Below are positions 15,354-25,431 of a stretch of 64,000 nucleotides of DNA, piece after piece. The DNA is from a virus (lineage: Duplodnaviria > Caudoviricetes). Where the stretch lies: positions 32,001-96,000 of IMG/VR virus record IMGVR_UViG_3300037492_000170; one strand, written 5' to 3'. Below the pieces are notes generated by a model. That model did not search any database. It saw only the letters and a program-made list of their open reading frames with translations, and had not been told where the DNA came from. The position numbers and the translations under genes were made by a program. How positions within the stretch are numbered: position 1 is the stretch's first letter; each line of letters begins with the position of its first letter.

Positions 15354-15611
15354 CTATCTCGGTCCATTACTTATCCTCAGAAATCTGATTATGTCATCAA
15401 GTTTCTCGTTCATACCTTGCAAAACTACAATCAATTCGGCATTCTTATTTGACATAGTTGGTGTAGGTAAAGCTGACCCTACCTGCATATCTACGTATTT
15501 AGTCCTGGGTGTTAGGTCCGATTGTGCCGGTGGATGTTTAAATCCCTCTGCTAAACACATAGCTGGTATGAGGATAAAGATACCTAAAATTATAGCAATT
15601 ATTCCATTCAT
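15354..15611 (-). CDS. small exported/membrane protein in the lysis-like cluster
   Basis: N-terminal hydrophobic segment and C-terminal coiled coil. Confidence 0.55.
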   Translation of the reverse strand: MNGIIAIILGIFILIPAMCLAEGFKHPPAQSDLTPRTKYVDMQVGSALPTPTMSNKNAELIVVLQGMNEKLDDIIRFLRISNGPR

Positions 15612-15623
15612 GATGATTCCTAA

Positions 15624-16100
15624 TTAACTGTAAGTCATGAGATAACAGAGACTTGCAATAATGACCGATAATATAATAGTGCTCCCATACGTGGTGCTCA
15701 TAATCTGTTTGAATAGACCACCATCTGGGAATAAGGTCCGGGACACAAATAAAATACTTGCAGTGACTAGAACCATACCCCCAAGGAAACTTGTAGTTCG
15801 AAGCAACATACTTCGGTACAAACCGAAAGAATCGGAGTCAGGCATCAGGATGGGGCTTATATATAAAAATACAACAATGATAATAAGAGCGCCTATACTA
15901 GACTGGCTCCATGCCTTGACCTGTTCCCAAAGGTCTCTGTTCTTCCTTGTGCGGAGAATAGTCCATATAAACACCGCAAGAAGTAGCAAGAGGATCGTTA
16001 TTTGGCCCGGTGTATCTAGAAGCCTACTAAAATAAGCCCATGCCCAATCCAGCGCGTTCAAATCCGCATCATTACTTATAATTATCGCAGAACTACTCAT
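15624..16100 (-). CDS. multi-pass membrane protein (holin candidate)
   Basis: Four hydrophobic segments; near the NlpC/P60 gene. Confidence 0.55.
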   Translation of the reverse strand: MSSSAIIISNDADLNALDWAWAYFSRLLDTPGQITILLLLLAVFIWTILRTRKNRDLWEQVKAWSQSSIGALIIIVVFLYISPILMPDSDSFGLYRSMLLRTTSFLGGMVLVTASILFVSRTLFPDGGLFKQIMSTTYGSTIILSVIIASLCYLMTYS

Positions 16101-16465
16101 CGGTTACCCTTTAATAGCTTATCTAGTTTAGCGTTCAGTTCTACAATATCCTTACGATATGTTTCTTTATCTAAGATGTCCTTTGCAACTGCTTTGATTT
16201 GTTCCTTAACTACTTCTGCCATCTCTTCTTTTAACTTATCCTGGTTATCCACTATTATTTTGTTGGTAGCCTCTAACTTCAATCTTACCGCTTCAGCAAT
16301 AGCTTCTAATCTTACTCTTACTTTCTCGGCCCTATCCAAAGCTTGATAAGTATTATCCAGAAGGATGTCTCCTGTGTTCGTAAAGTTAAGGTACCCATGA
16401 TATACAATGCCACCAAGGAAAAAACAGAAGAGGCATACAACTATATAAGCTAGGATTCTTTTCAT
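16097..16465 (-). CDS. membrane-anchored coiled-coil protein (i-spanin-like)
   Basis: N-terminal transmembrane segment followed by a heptad-rich helix. Confidence 0.5.
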   Translation of the reverse strand: MKRILAYIVVCLFCFFLGGIVYHGYLNFTNTGDILLDNTYQALDRAEKVRVRLEAIAEAVRLKLEATNKIIVDNQDKLKEEMAEVVKEQIKAVAKDILDKETYRKDIVELNAKLDKLLKGNR

Positions 16466-16885
16466 TTACTTAGCCTCTATAGGTAGTATTTTTAACCATT
16501 CCTGGGTTCTTCTGTGCATTTCTCTGTTCGTCATAAATTCGGTACGCAACCGCTCAAACACACTTTCTATCTCTTCGTGAATCCTATCATGGCTATTTAT
16601 AATATATTTACGGTGCTCTTTAAGTTCCAAAGTATGATTAGCAAGCCCAGCATCAATTCGTTCTAATAACATAGCGTTGTTTTTCAATACCTCGACAGCG
16701 AGGATACCATTGCGATCCAGCTTTTCGGATAATTCTAATACTCTTGCTGTCATTTGCAGAGTATGCTCACGAGCTACATGTGCATCTTCTACTTGGTATT
16801 GATAGTAGAAGTAAGCAATCCCGCAAACAGCTATGATAAGGCAAACACCTACCACCCATGATATAAAGACCCTTAACTTACTCAT
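16466..16885 (-). CDS. membrane-anchored helical protein
   Basis: N-terminal transmembrane segment plus coiled coil. Confidence 0.55.
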   Translation of the reverse strand: MSKLRVFISWVVGVCLIIAVCGIAYFYYQYQVEDAHVAREHTLQMTARVLELSEKLDRNGILAVEVLKNNAMLLERIDAGLANHTLELKEHRKYIINSHDRIHEEIESVFERLRTEFMTNREMHRRTQEWLKILPIEAK

Positions 16886-17168
16886 TTTTACCCTTACCGT
16901 TAATTAGTTTATTGATTACATCCATCAGCCTTGTAGACGTGCCACTGGTTGTTTCCTTTATTTCTGTAAGTATCTGCTTGTTCTGCACATCAGACTGGCG
17001 CAAGTACGCATCGTGGGCGAGGGTGTTCTCAAGGATTAAATCAATCTTATTATGAGTCTCAACTTTAACCTTCTTCACATCCCGAATACGGTGATATACA
17101 AGATACCCGATAACAGGAAACAGAACTATGGCTAGAATTATGAATGGTGTTATAGAGAACCAAGTCAT
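16878..17168 (-). CDS. membrane-anchored small protein
   Basis: N-terminal transmembrane segment; coupled ORF. Confidence 0.55.
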   Translation of the reverse strand: MTWFSITPFIILAIVLFPVIGYLVYHRIRDVKKVKVETHNKIDLILENTLAHDAYLRQSDVQNKQILTEIKETTSGTSTRLMDVINKLINGKGKNE

Positions 17169-17342
17169 ACTACGTCCTTATCGACAGTTGTATCTTTGAT
17201 TACCTCTTGTTTTAACGCAAAAAGTTCTATCAATAAAACATCCACCTTTGAATCTAAATTCTTTAGCCGAACAATTATCCCCGCCATGTTTCGGAGTAAT
17301 TGAAGCGCTGTATTTTCTGATATTGGCACTGTTCATACTCCA

Positions 17343-17669
17343 TTAGGCGTTACCCATAGGCTGCTCAACTTCACCAAAATCACATAAATCGTCAGGAATG
17401 GTGGCAAGATACTTTAATAAGTCCCCGTGTTTAGCAACGAAGAGGCAGTGGTAAATAATATTAGCAACCATCTGCTGCTCTTGTGGACTCATCTGACGTG
17501 AAATCAGATTCAACTCATACGCCAGATAATTTAACACGCCTTGTGTTGCCATTGCAGTACGCGCATTGCTAACTGTCTCACGTACCAACCGTTTCCCTTC
17601 GTCCGATTCACATAACTTAAGCATCACGTTTGGCTGCAGGATATATTTGGGATTGTTTTCTTTATTCAT
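17343..17669 (-). CDS. hypothetical protein
   Basis: TAATG overlap with the RNR stop codon. Confidence 0.6.
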   Translation of the reverse strand: MNKENNPKYILQPNVMLKLCESDEGKRLVRETVSNARTAMATQGVLNYLAYELNLISRQMSPQEQQMVANIIYHCLFVAKHGDLLKYLATIPDDLCDFGEVEQPMGNA

Positions 17670-19522
17670 TACAACTCGCAAGAGTTTCCTGCACAGGCAA
17701 ATTCTCGACTACCTGTGGTAGTATCTGTATTCTCATACTCTGAAAGTTTACTGAAGTCAAGGACTGGGAGTTCTCTCAACAGTCTATGATATTCTATTTC
17801 TGATACCTCCTCATACGGAGCTTGCGCGTACGACTTGTTCTCGTATGGGAAGAAAGCAACTCCATTAATAGTATCAAAATGTTTATACACATAAGCTATA
17901 ACCTCCAACCACTCATCATCTTTAACAAAGATGGTGCAGCTCATGTTCTGTTCTGCCCAATTCTCTACTAACATTCTATACCACTCAAGTTGACCAATTG
18001 CTGTATCCTGCTCACGAGTCTTCGCTCCGTCTGGAGAACGCATAGGGAACGAGAATATTGCAGTATCGTGGTTGCCTTTGTCTAACTCATAAGGCATACC
18101 TTGGTCAACCATCATCCTAAACAGAGCATCGTGCATCGAGATACGTACGCGTCTAAGATAATAATTAGCCCACCTGGAGTGCATACCTGAAGAGCAATCA
18201 ACCATCTGACTCACAGTACCACTAGGCTTTCCAAGCGTTATAGCTGCTGGCATATTTATACCAAGTGCTGCTGATGCCTGTTTAGCAGTCTTCACGGCAG
18301 TAGTACGCCAATGGCGTAGTGTCTCTGGTGTTATCAGATTTATATTATCACAGAGTCCTGTAAGTGATACCCCTAGTAACCTCTCTTCTTCTGCATTTTT
18401 AGCCCACTCAGGACGTAAATGAGGGAAGTATGTAAGTGTAGACTGAATACATCCCATCCAGGTCGCTGTTCGTATCTTGTCTGCTACACTATCAAAATCA
18501 TCATCTGCTCGAATGACTACCTCAGTTAAATTGCATAAACCCATATCACGTAGTAGTGTTTCCCCACAGGGATTTGATATCACTATAGCACTCTTATCTC
18601 TACGTTTAGGGCTTCGTTTTCTCGCTGCCACTAAATTAAATATGCCACGCTCACCAGAGCCAGACTTAGCCATATCTATGAACTCTTGGGTAAACTTGAG
18701 GACATCAGGTTTCTTTCTATAAACTGCTGAGATATTTGCCATGAACCTTCTTGGGTGAAAGTTACCCTGCTTTGCATTCTGCATATCCATATCATCTACA
18801 TCACATAAACATATCATAGCAGTCCGACGAACACCACCACAAACCACCGCAGATCCTACCTCACACATCATATCAAACACTTCTATAGATTTAAGCTTAC
18901 GATCTTGGGCACCTATAATTGTTTCTCTCAGGAACTCCAAACAACGCGCTAAAGGCTCAGGACCGGAAGCATAACCGCCTGATATCACTAAGGGAGTTCC
19001 CGCTGGTCTCACTTGAGAGTAATCAAACACTGCATCTCTACCGTTGAACCATTCCTGTATACCAAAATCAACTGCTTTCTTCCAACCTAACCTGCTATCT
19101 CCAACAACATGCCTCAATGTAGGCAAATTCCGCTGCTTTTTTATCTCAGGAAGTTGCTCTAACCACTTTGCCTCCACAGAAAACCCAACACCAGTGCCAG
19201 CAAGTTCAATATACATTGCCTCGCCAAAACCTTCTAGTGAGGTCGAGCAAAAACCTGAACAACCGTATGCAGCTATATTATCTCGTCTTGCATTCTCCCC
19301 AGCAGACCAGACAAGCCTCATACTTGCCATGACACCTTTCGTAAGCATATAATCTTTAATCTTTTTCTTTGTCTTGGTGGGTATATTCTGGCAGTTCTTC
19401 GTTTCGTTAAATATAAAATTGCAGTATCTATCAACAGTCTCTTCCCAGACTTCACGCCTCCCTAATTCTGGGAGAAAACGACTGTATGTACGTAGAAAAA
19501 TAAACTCCTCGTATATCCCCAT
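17669..19522 (-). CDS. nrdJ: class II (adenosylcobalamin-dependent) monomeric ribonucleotide reductase
   Basis: RTYSR, VVCGGVRRTA, SNPCGE, KPSGTVSQ and C-terminal CAGNSC motifs; no beta-subunit gene nearby. Confidence 0.92.
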   Translation of the reverse strand: MGIYEEFIFLRTYSRFLPELGRREVWEETVDRYCNFIFNETKNCQNIPTKTKKKIKDYMLTKGVMASMRLVWSAGENARRDNIAAYGCSGFCSTSLEGFGEAMYIELAGTGVGFSVEAKWLEQLPEIKKQRNLPTLRHVVGDSRLGWKKAVDFGIQEWFNGRDAVFDYSQVRPAGTPLVISGGYASGPEPLARCLEFLRETIIGAQDRKLKSIEVFDMMCEVGSAVVCGGVRRTAMICLCDVDDMDMQNAKQGNFHPRRFMANISAVYRKKPDVLKFTQEFIDMAKSGSGERGIFNLVAARKRSPKRRDKSAIVISNPCGETLLRDMGLCNLTEVVIRADDDFDSVADKIRTATWMGCIQSTLTYFPHLRPEWAKNAEEERLLGVSLTGLCDNINLITPETLRHWRTTAVKTAKQASAALGINMPAAITLGKPSGTVSQMVDCSSGMHSRWANYYLRRVRISMHDALFRMMVDQGMPYELDKGNHDTAIFSFPMRSPDGAKTREQDTAIGQLEWYRMLVENWAEQNMSCTIFVKDDEWLEVIAYVYKHFDTINGVAFFPYENKSYAQAPYEEVSEIEYHRLLRELPVLDFSKLSEYENTDTTTGSREFACAGNSCEL

Positions 19523-19619
19523 GTATTAACCCCGCTAAAGAATAATTTGGCAGCCGAAGCTGCCATCTAACAGCAAGCACATACCACAAATTATCTAAAA
19601 AGTCAAGGTACCTGCGCGT

Positions 19620-20270
19620 TTAAACTTCAATAGTATTTTTGTTCTTGAGCCCGTATACTACTGCCGTCCCAGTCCCCCCAGAGTAAACTAACATCGAATT
19701 TATACTTTCATCGTTTCTAATTATAACCTTTTCGCCCACTGGTATTGTTATAGCATTAGCAGAAGCGCCATTAAATCTAATCCCAGCCGCAGCATTGGTC
19801 CCGTTGTAAATATACAAGGCGGGATACGCTAACACTGAAACAGATGCAGTAGGAAAACTAGTTTCACTAAGTAATAAAGTAAGGGGCGTTACAAACGGCT
19901 CATCATCTGTGAGTGTAAGTCCTTCTATTGCTGTGATAGTAACTGTACATGCTGCACCAAAACCGCCAGTTGTTGCTTTAGTGCCAATAGTATAACCGGT
20001 ACCGCCAGTAACTAATGCAACTGCGGATATAACCCCTTGCGATTGTGTTATAGATACAGTTCCGCCAACTCCTCCCGCAAGAGTAAGGACATCACCAGTA
20101 TGATAACCAGTACCACCGACAACAGGTGTTGCAGTTATTGCAGTTATAGCACCAGTAAGAGTAGAGGGTTTAGTTCTAAAGTATCTACTTGTCTCTTTTT
20201 CTTCATCAACTTGAAACGTCATACCACCAATTACTATCACTTCATCAGAGGTATTTGTGTACGTAGGCAT
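19620..20270 (-). CDS. Gly/Thr-rich beta structural protein
   Basis: GGTGY repeats like the collagen-like protein; MPTYTN start shared with 29602-30015. Confidence 0.65.
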   Translation of the reverse strand: MPTYTNTSDEVIVIGGMTFQVDEEKETSRYFRTKPSTLTGAITAITATPVVGGTGYHTGDVLTLAGGVGGTVSITQSQGVISAVALVTGGTGYTIGTKATTGGFGAACTVTITAIEGLTLTDDEPFVTPLTLLLSETSFPTASVSVLAYPALYIYNGTNAAAGIRFNGASANAITIPVGEKVIIRNDESINSMLVYSGGTGTAVVYGLKNKNTIEV

Positions 20271-20323
20271 TAATCAATCTCCTTATTGTTAAAAATTAAC
20301 GATACCCTTAATAAAATTAGGGG

Positions 20324-20620
20324 TTATGAAAGCTCTTTCACTTCTGGGTTAGAATATGCTTGATAGGTAGTCTGGACCACAGTATCAATTATACTCCTTT
20401 CGATAGTAGGGAAGTTCTCAGTAACTTTAGATACAGCAAACGAAAACTTCTCAGAACCACTCAAATCTGTTTTAGCGGCAGCATCACGAATACCATCCAA
20501 TGCTATGGGAACTAATATCTTCCCGTGTGCCACCAAATCTTTAACTACATTTAATGCTATCGCTTGTACAGTTTTGTTACCTATTAGGTAAGACAGTGCT
20601 AATTTAAGTGCTATCCACAT
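20324..20620 (-). CDS. LL-H holin-like protein
   Basis: SGSEKFSFAV...IDTVVQTTY pattern; GGAGG RBS before ATG 20620. Confidence 0.45.
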   Translation of the reverse strand: MWIALKLALSYLIGNKTVQAIALNVVKDLVAHGKILVPIALDGIRDAAAKTDLSGSEKFSFAVSKVTENFPTIERSIIDTVVQTTYQAYSNPEVKELS

Positions 20621-20621
20621 T

Positions 20622-20858
20622 CTAATCTTCCTCCTTCTTCTTTGACATATTACCAATCAAAAATCCGAAGCTTGTACTAACAAGCCCAATGAGCACCTTC
20701 ACTACCTCAATAGAAATAGTAGTCTCACTCTTCTTGTCACCAAGGAGGGGGGATATTACAATCACAGCCAGAACAATAAACATACACACTGCAATAACAA
20801 AGATAGCAATACCAACTACTTGTTCGTTAATATCCTTCCCAAATATCTTAGAGAACAC
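20622..20858 (-). CDS. two-TM small membrane protein
   Basis: Two hydrophobic helices and a charged tail. Confidence 0.55.
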   Translation of the reverse strand: MFSKIFGKDINEQVVGIAIFVIAVCMFIVLAVIVISPLLGDKKSETTISIEVVKVLIGLVSTSFGFLIGNMSKKKEED

Positions 20859-21046
20859 TACTCCTCCTCTTCATAATGTGAATCTAAAAAAGGCATGGGT
20901 AAATACTCAGTATAAGGAGTCCCCATTTTTAGTAGCACCGCACCTAAACAAGAACAATTTATATGAAAATTTCCCACTGGGTATGTATCATAAGTGTATA
21001 TAATAGCCCCACATTGTGCACAATTACCAAGTAAAACCATACCCAT
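20858..21046 (-). CDS. small zinc-ribbon-like protein
   Basis: CAQCG...CSC motifs; coupled to both neighbours. Confidence 0.5.
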   Translation of the reverse strand: MGMVLLGNCAQCGAIIYTYDTYPVGNFHINCSCLGAVLLKMGTPYTEYLPMPFLDSHYEEEE

Positions 21047-21564
21047 TAAACATCCACACTATCTAAAAAAACTTCAACATCCGAACTACACAACAATTCC
21101 AGATTAGCATTAATTTTCTCGTCTGTCCAGTCCCACCATCTAACAGCAAGTAGACGAGCTATGACTTCTGGGCTGAACCTGTAACGTATTAACTTCGCAG
21201 GATTCCCACCAACTATCTCGTAAAAATCTACGTTTCTGATAAGATGGCTGCCATTAGCAACCACGGCTCCATCCCTTATCACTACACCAGACATAATAGT
21301 TACATTATCACCAATCCACACATCTGACCCAATAATAACCGGTTTACTCAACTTCGGATGTCCCCGACCGTGATAAGGAAATAATACTTGGTTCACATGC
21401 CCAAAAGGGTAGGTTGACACACGTCGCGTATCATGATTTCCTCCCAAATAAATCTTTATATTCTGACCAATCGAACAAAAAGAACCTATTTCCAAGTCAG
21501 CATCGGGATACATAATTGTAATCCTCTCAGTACCAAAAGTACAACGCCCTACCTGGAAACTCAT
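21046..21564 (-). CDS. CatB/Vat-type hexapeptide-repeat O-acetyltransferase
   Basis: IGSFCSIG, STYPF, IGSDVWIG, GGNPAKLIRYRF and WWDW motifs. Confidence 0.9.
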   Translation of the reverse strand: MSFQVGRCTFGTERITIMYPDADLEIGSFCSIGQNIKIYLGGNHDTRRVSTYPFGHVNQVLFPYHGRGHPKLSKPVIIGSDVWIGDNVTIMSGVVIRDGAVVANGSHLIRNVDFYEIVGGNPAKLIRYRFSPEVIARLLAVRWWDWTDEKINANLELLCSSDVEVFLDSVDV

Positions 21565-22367
21565 AGCACCCCCACGGGAGTAGTAAATGCTTGCTCGACA
21601 GACCAACCCCGAATTAATCTCATCCGTAAGGTAGCAGATTTTACACCAAGCTCCCTAGCCCACTGCGCAAGTGTCTTCGTATCATCTTTATATGATATTA
21701 ATGCACCAGCTCGTCCTCCCCACAAAGGAATATTAAAAGCGTCCTCTACTGATAAATTTTCTACATATAGTCTACGACGCAAAGTATTTACGTGTATTAA
21801 CAAAAAACGCGCCCATTGGGTTACTGTTTTCCTTTCTCCCTTATATTCTATCCAAACATTGTGTCTTGTATTATTTGCCTGCTCTTCACCAGTTGCCCAC
21901 CTCAAATTTCCGGGCTCATATCCCTTACTATTATCAATACGATCTAATGACATTCCAGTCGGACACTCACCTAAGAACTCCATTATATAAGAATAAAAAT
22001 TAATAAACCCCGTCTTCCCTAGCCATCCAGAGAATACAAATATACCACGAGCACCATAATTTTTAAATTCTGGGTTCCTCTTATTATAGCATCTAGATTT
22101 TATACTAGTAAACATCGCCCTGTATTTATTCTTGGTCCCACCTACCAACAATCCATGAGTAGTAATAGAAGCAATAAACACTTCCCGCTTAAGGCAACCA
22201 CATGATCTTGTGTGCCCATCTTTCAAACTTCCACTTCGAGCTACTATAGTGTTTCCACAAGCACAAGAGCACAGCCACATCACGTCCCCATGTGCATGAC
22301 TTCCTGCAGATTCAACTACCCGCAATCTACCAAATTGCTGCCCAGCCAATTCCAATCGTTTACCCAT
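21561..22367 (-). CDS. HNH homing endonuclease 2
   Basis: LAGQQFGRL, YGARGI, SLDRIDNSKGYEPGNLRWAT; duplicated C-terminal KTxxQWAR domain. Confidence 0.9.
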   Translation of the reverse strand: MGKRLELAGQQFGRLRVVESAGSHAHGDVMWLCSCACGNTIVARSGSLKDGHTRSCGCLKREVFIASITTHGLLVGGTKNKYRAMFTSIKSRCYNKRNPEFKNYGARGIFVFSGWLGKTGFINFYSYIMEFLGECPTGMSLDRIDNSKGYEPGNLRWATGEEQANNTRHNVWIEYKGERKTVTQWARFLLIHVNTLRRRLYVENLSVEDAFNIPLWGGRAGALISYKDDTKTLAQWARELGVKSATLRMRLIRGWSVEQAFTTPVGVL

Positions 22368-22458
22368 AACTACCTCCTGTAGTATTATCCTGATTTTGTT
22401 AGTTAATGGGCAGGTGGTTCAGGAATACCACTGTTCGGGAGCTACCCTAGCCCATTAA
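22368..22458 (-). ncRNA. HNH-associated pseudoknotted leader RNA, copy B
   Basis: TTAATGGGC/GCCCATTAA P1, TAGGGTAGCTCCCGAA; loop TCCTGA pairs with downstream TCAGGA. Confidence 0.75.
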
Positions 22459-22459
22459 A

Positions 22460-23764
22460 CTAAATTAACTCAGGACCCATAGGTCTATATGAGTCCTTCA
22501 AGCAAATAAGAACTGAACTTATATAAGAAACATTCTTATCTTGATGCCATTGTGATGGATAATACGTAAATAAAGTCGCGTCCTTAAATCTTATCTCGGT
22601 ATTTCGAATATATCTAGCTTGCTCTCTTCTAGTGTAGTAAAGTAACGAATTCTCCACCCAAAAGCTTCGGTGTGTCGGGTCCTGAAAAGCACCCTGACCC
22701 ATTGCACTAGGGGTGTTGAAAAGTAAATAACCTCCCGGCATTAAAACTCTGTGGGCTTCACTCATAAAATGGATAGGGTCCAACAAGTGTTCCGCAATAT
22801 CGAAAGCGCGTATACAATAAACACTACTGTCCTCAAATGCCCAACTTCCATTCAGATCACAACACACATCCCCCCCAACTAAATCAACACTAATAAAACC
22901 TTCGGCACGATCTATACCGCCTCCCAAATCCAACATGATAGAACCATTACGCGTACCTTCTGCTACAATCATTTGATAAAGGTATTGCCTTTGAATCTCC
23001 CACTTAGTTTCCTGTAGCGCCTCATTCCTAACCAGCCACGAGTTGGAGCCGTCTACTCTATAAAGATAACCACAAAAATCAAGATGTTTGAATTTACCCT
23101 CGATAAAGAAGCGCGCCATTAAATCCTGATCATCAAGTGTAGCTAAATCCTCATTATGCCCTCCCAGCTTGTTATAAGCTGCAGCTCGAAAGACACGTAG
23201 ATGATCAGGAGCAAACCAAATTAAACTGTTATGAAAAGGCGTAGATTCAGGGCACACGGTCTCCTTGTAAAGAACCCCACCCATGTAAAAGTCCCTGTAA
23301 CTCCAACCATTAATAGAGTCATAATTGGTTGATGGACCCGCATTTCCAAAGAACCTTGGTGACTTATCATCGTTATTGAAACTAGCGGCATTAGTATATA
23401 CCATCAGGACATCAGGGTCTTCGAAAGCATCCCTAACACGCTCAATTGTGTGTGGTGTCAGCATATCATCGTGGTCTAGTTCCGCCAGCAAATCCCCCTT
23501 GCATTTACTACAGACATACTTCTTCACTGAACCAATATTTGGTAATCCATCAGCGGCAAATTTTGGTGTGAACTCAACACCTGGAGTTATAAGCACAGTC
23601 CTGTTATCAGCTAGTATTTCTCTGGGAATATCCTCTACAGTAGCCCCTGCATTAGGATATATAACCCACTCATCATAATCTTGATCTCGTATAGATTCGT
23701 ATGCTTCAAGAAGATACTTTGTACGATGCGTGGGTGTAAAAATAGAAATTGTAAGTCTAGACAT
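22460..23764 (-). CDS. GT2 glycosyltransferase fused to SAM-dependent methyltransferase
   Basis: IFTPTH, ELDHDD and LDDQDL (GT2); LDLGGG, IAEHL and FQDPTH (methyltransferase). Confidence 0.88.
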   Translation of the reverse strand: MSRLTISIFTPTHRTKYLLEAYESIRDQDYDEWVIYPNAGATVEDIPREILADNRTVLITPGVEFTPKFAADGLPNIGSVKKYVCSKCKGDLLAELDHDDMLTPHTIERVRDAFEDPDVLMVYTNAASFNNDDKSPRFFGNAGPSTNYDSINGWSYRDFYMGGVLYKETVCPESTPFHNSLIWFAPDHLRVFRAAAYNKLGGHNEDLATLDDQDLMARFFIEGKFKHLDFCGYLYRVDGSNSWLVRNEALQETKWEIQRQYLYQMIVAEGTRNGSIMLDLGGGIDRAEGFISVDLVGGDVCCDLNGSWAFEDSSVYCIRAFDIAEHLLDPIHFMSEAHRVLMPGGYLLFNTPSAMGQGAFQDPTHRSFWVENSLLYYTRREQARYIRNTEIRFKDATLFTYYPSQWHQDKNVSYISSVLICLKDSYRPMGPELI

Positions 23765-23796
23765 GAGCCTCCCACCGAAGTCTTTAGCATCCGTGT

Positions 23797-23825
23797 AGTA
23801 TAACATAAAAACTCTTGTTTGTCAA
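23797..23825 (-). promoter_or_regulatory. sigma70-type promoter for the GT2-methyltransferase gene
   Basis: TTGACA-17nt-TATACT with extended TG. Confidence 0.8.
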
Positions 23826-23845
23826 GCTCATAAGAAAGCTATCAC

Positions 23846-25042
23846 CTAACCCATATACCTTCTAGGTCGTTTATTACTCAGCGCGCGACCACCGACAGCC
23901 GTATGCGCATACCACGCCCAAACATTCAACTGACGCGCCCGCGATCCACAATCAGCACCAGTACCCCAACTACCACCGGCAATCAGCTTATAAAAACCAT
24001 AAGTTCCCTGAGAAAAAACCTGGCCTCTGGTTCCTGTTACATCTTTCCATCCAAATGCTACTCCTGTAGCATAATCAGCACCTTGGACTGGAGTAAGAGA
24101 ATCATTTAACCATTGCCAAAGAACACCAGCACAATCTTCACAACCAATGTTGGAAATCATTCTTCTACCTGCGGTATCTGAATGACCTGATGTCGTAACA
24201 GGGTCAGCACCTGCAGTAATATTAGTAGCTTCGTTGGAACCTGTTGCAATATACGTAAACTCATGATCGAACAAGAGACGTTTGTTTACTAAAGCAGTAT
24301 CATCTACAAAATCATATTGAGTTCTTGTATCTGATATTGTAGCTCCATTAACTGAAGCAGTTGAAGCACCAGTACCTGAGATAAGATAAATATCAACCCA
24401 AGCTGAAATTCCTGCTGCATAAACCATACCTTCGTTACCAGATTCTGCTCTATGCCATAAGTCCCATACTGAAAGAGGTAAAATATCTCCAGCGAGATAA
24501 TCTGTAAGAGTATGCCCAGAAATAGTACCAACTGCAACACATAAACAATGAAAACCACCTACTTTTCTGGAAGTAGATGCAGAATATCCCGAAGGGGTAG
24601 TTGAATTAGCTGAAATCTTAACTACCGGAACTGTACCAGAAACAGGTTGACACATATAAATATAGAAATCTTTACCTGCTCTATTGGCAGCAGTAGTGTA
24701 GTCAGTACCAGAAACAGTATCCCAAGAACCAGCAGTGTTTAAATCTAAGGTAGTCTGAGCAATAAGTTTTAGTGAAACAGTATCAATCTTAACTTCTACT
24801 TCATTAGGAGAATAAAGAGTTCTCCTTAATGTAGCTGAACCGGAACCACCTTGATACCAACATTCTGAACGTTCATAGTGATATTTCTTGTAACCAGTAC
24901 CAATGAAATATTTTACCCCATTATACGGAATAAATAGTTTACCAGTATCAGTTGCAAGGGCTATCTCTAAATCTTGAAGTGAAGCACTGACCGATGCAGA
25001 TATTACTGCCTCAGTCCCATAACGAATTAATGGCTTCAACAT
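23846..25042 (-). CDS. Mtd-like receptor-binding protein with C-type-lectin variable region (DGR target 1)
   Basis: Mtd_N-like N-terminus, GGFH, GRRMISNIGCEDCAGVLWQW and GGSW...CGSR...VGGR motifs. Confidence 0.88.
   Translation of the reverse strand: MLKPLIRYGTEAVISASVSASLQDLEIALATDTGKLFIPYNGVKYFIGTGYKKYHYERSECWYQGGSGSATLRRTLYSPNEVEVKIDTVSLKLIAQTTLDLNTAGSWDTVSGTDYTTAANRAGKDFYIYMCQPVSGTVPVVKISANSTTPSGYSASTSRKVGGFHCLCVAVGTISGHTLTDYLAGDILPLSVWDLWHRAESGNEGMVYAAGISAWVDIYLISGTGASTASVNGATISDTRTQYDFVDDTALVNKRLLFDHEFTYIATGSNEATNITAGADPVTTSGHSDTAGRRMISNIGCEDCAGVLWQWLNDSLTPVQGADYATGVAFGWKDVTGTRGQVFSQGTYGFYKLIAGGSWGTGADCGSRARQLNVWAWYAHTAVGGRALSNKRPRRYMG
23869..23985 (-). repeat. DGR variable region VR1 with IMH-like 3' end
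   Basis: Differs from VR2 almost only at positions where one copy has A; shared CGCGCGCTGAGTAATAAACG end. Confidence 0.75.
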
Positions 25043-25053
25043 AATACTTCTCC

Positions 25054-25344
25054 TTAAACCAAGGCAGCTTCTACTTCTTCAACTGTAAATCCTAACCTAA
25101 ACAACTTACAATTAGTATCTAGTTTCAGCTCTTGCTGGATTGTTATGGGCTCATTAGTCTCAGTATCCTGTGATTCAATCAATCTATGAGTCGCGTCAGT
25201 GATTCCTTCGCCAGTTAGCTCCACATTATCCCAGATTAGCCTGTCATCGTAGAGCGTCTGCCAATAATCCTTCCAATTATCTTGGTTTTCCCTCACATAC
25301 TCATAATCAAATTTTGTATTCAAATGTCTTGCTAAACCTTCCAT
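25054..25344 (-). CDS. small acidic fiber-associated protein
   Basis: HLNTKFDYEYVR...LFRLGFTVEEVE; lies between the two Mtd-like genes. Confidence 0.65.
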   Translation of the reverse strand: MEGLARHLNTKFDYEYVRENQDNWKDYWQTLYDDRLIWDNVELTGEGITDATHRLIESQDTETNEPITIQQELKLDTNCKLFRLGFTVEEVEAALV

Positions 25345-25426
25345 TATATTACTCCTATCCTTTGTAGTTTATAGTGGGCAGGTAGCTAAGGTTTCTACTT
25401 TTCGGTTCCGGTAACCTAGCCCATTA
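25345..25426 (-). ncRNA. leader RNA copy C (no HNH downstream)
   Basis: TAATGGGC-TAGG..CCGAAAA-GTAG-AAACCTTAG-CTAC-CT-GCCCACTA; the pseudoknot partner is degenerate. Confidence 0.7.
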
Positions 25427-25431
25427 AATTA

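Noticed and set aside
6750-19522. Introns or inteins in the polymerase or RNR
   Set aside because: Both ORFs are continuous, with expected motif spacing and no intein terminal motifs.
21046-21564. Antibiotic-resistance gene (catB/vat)
   Set aside because: The fold is shared with sugar O-acetyltransferases and the glycosyltransferase context favours glycan acetylation; resistance cannot be inferred from sequence.
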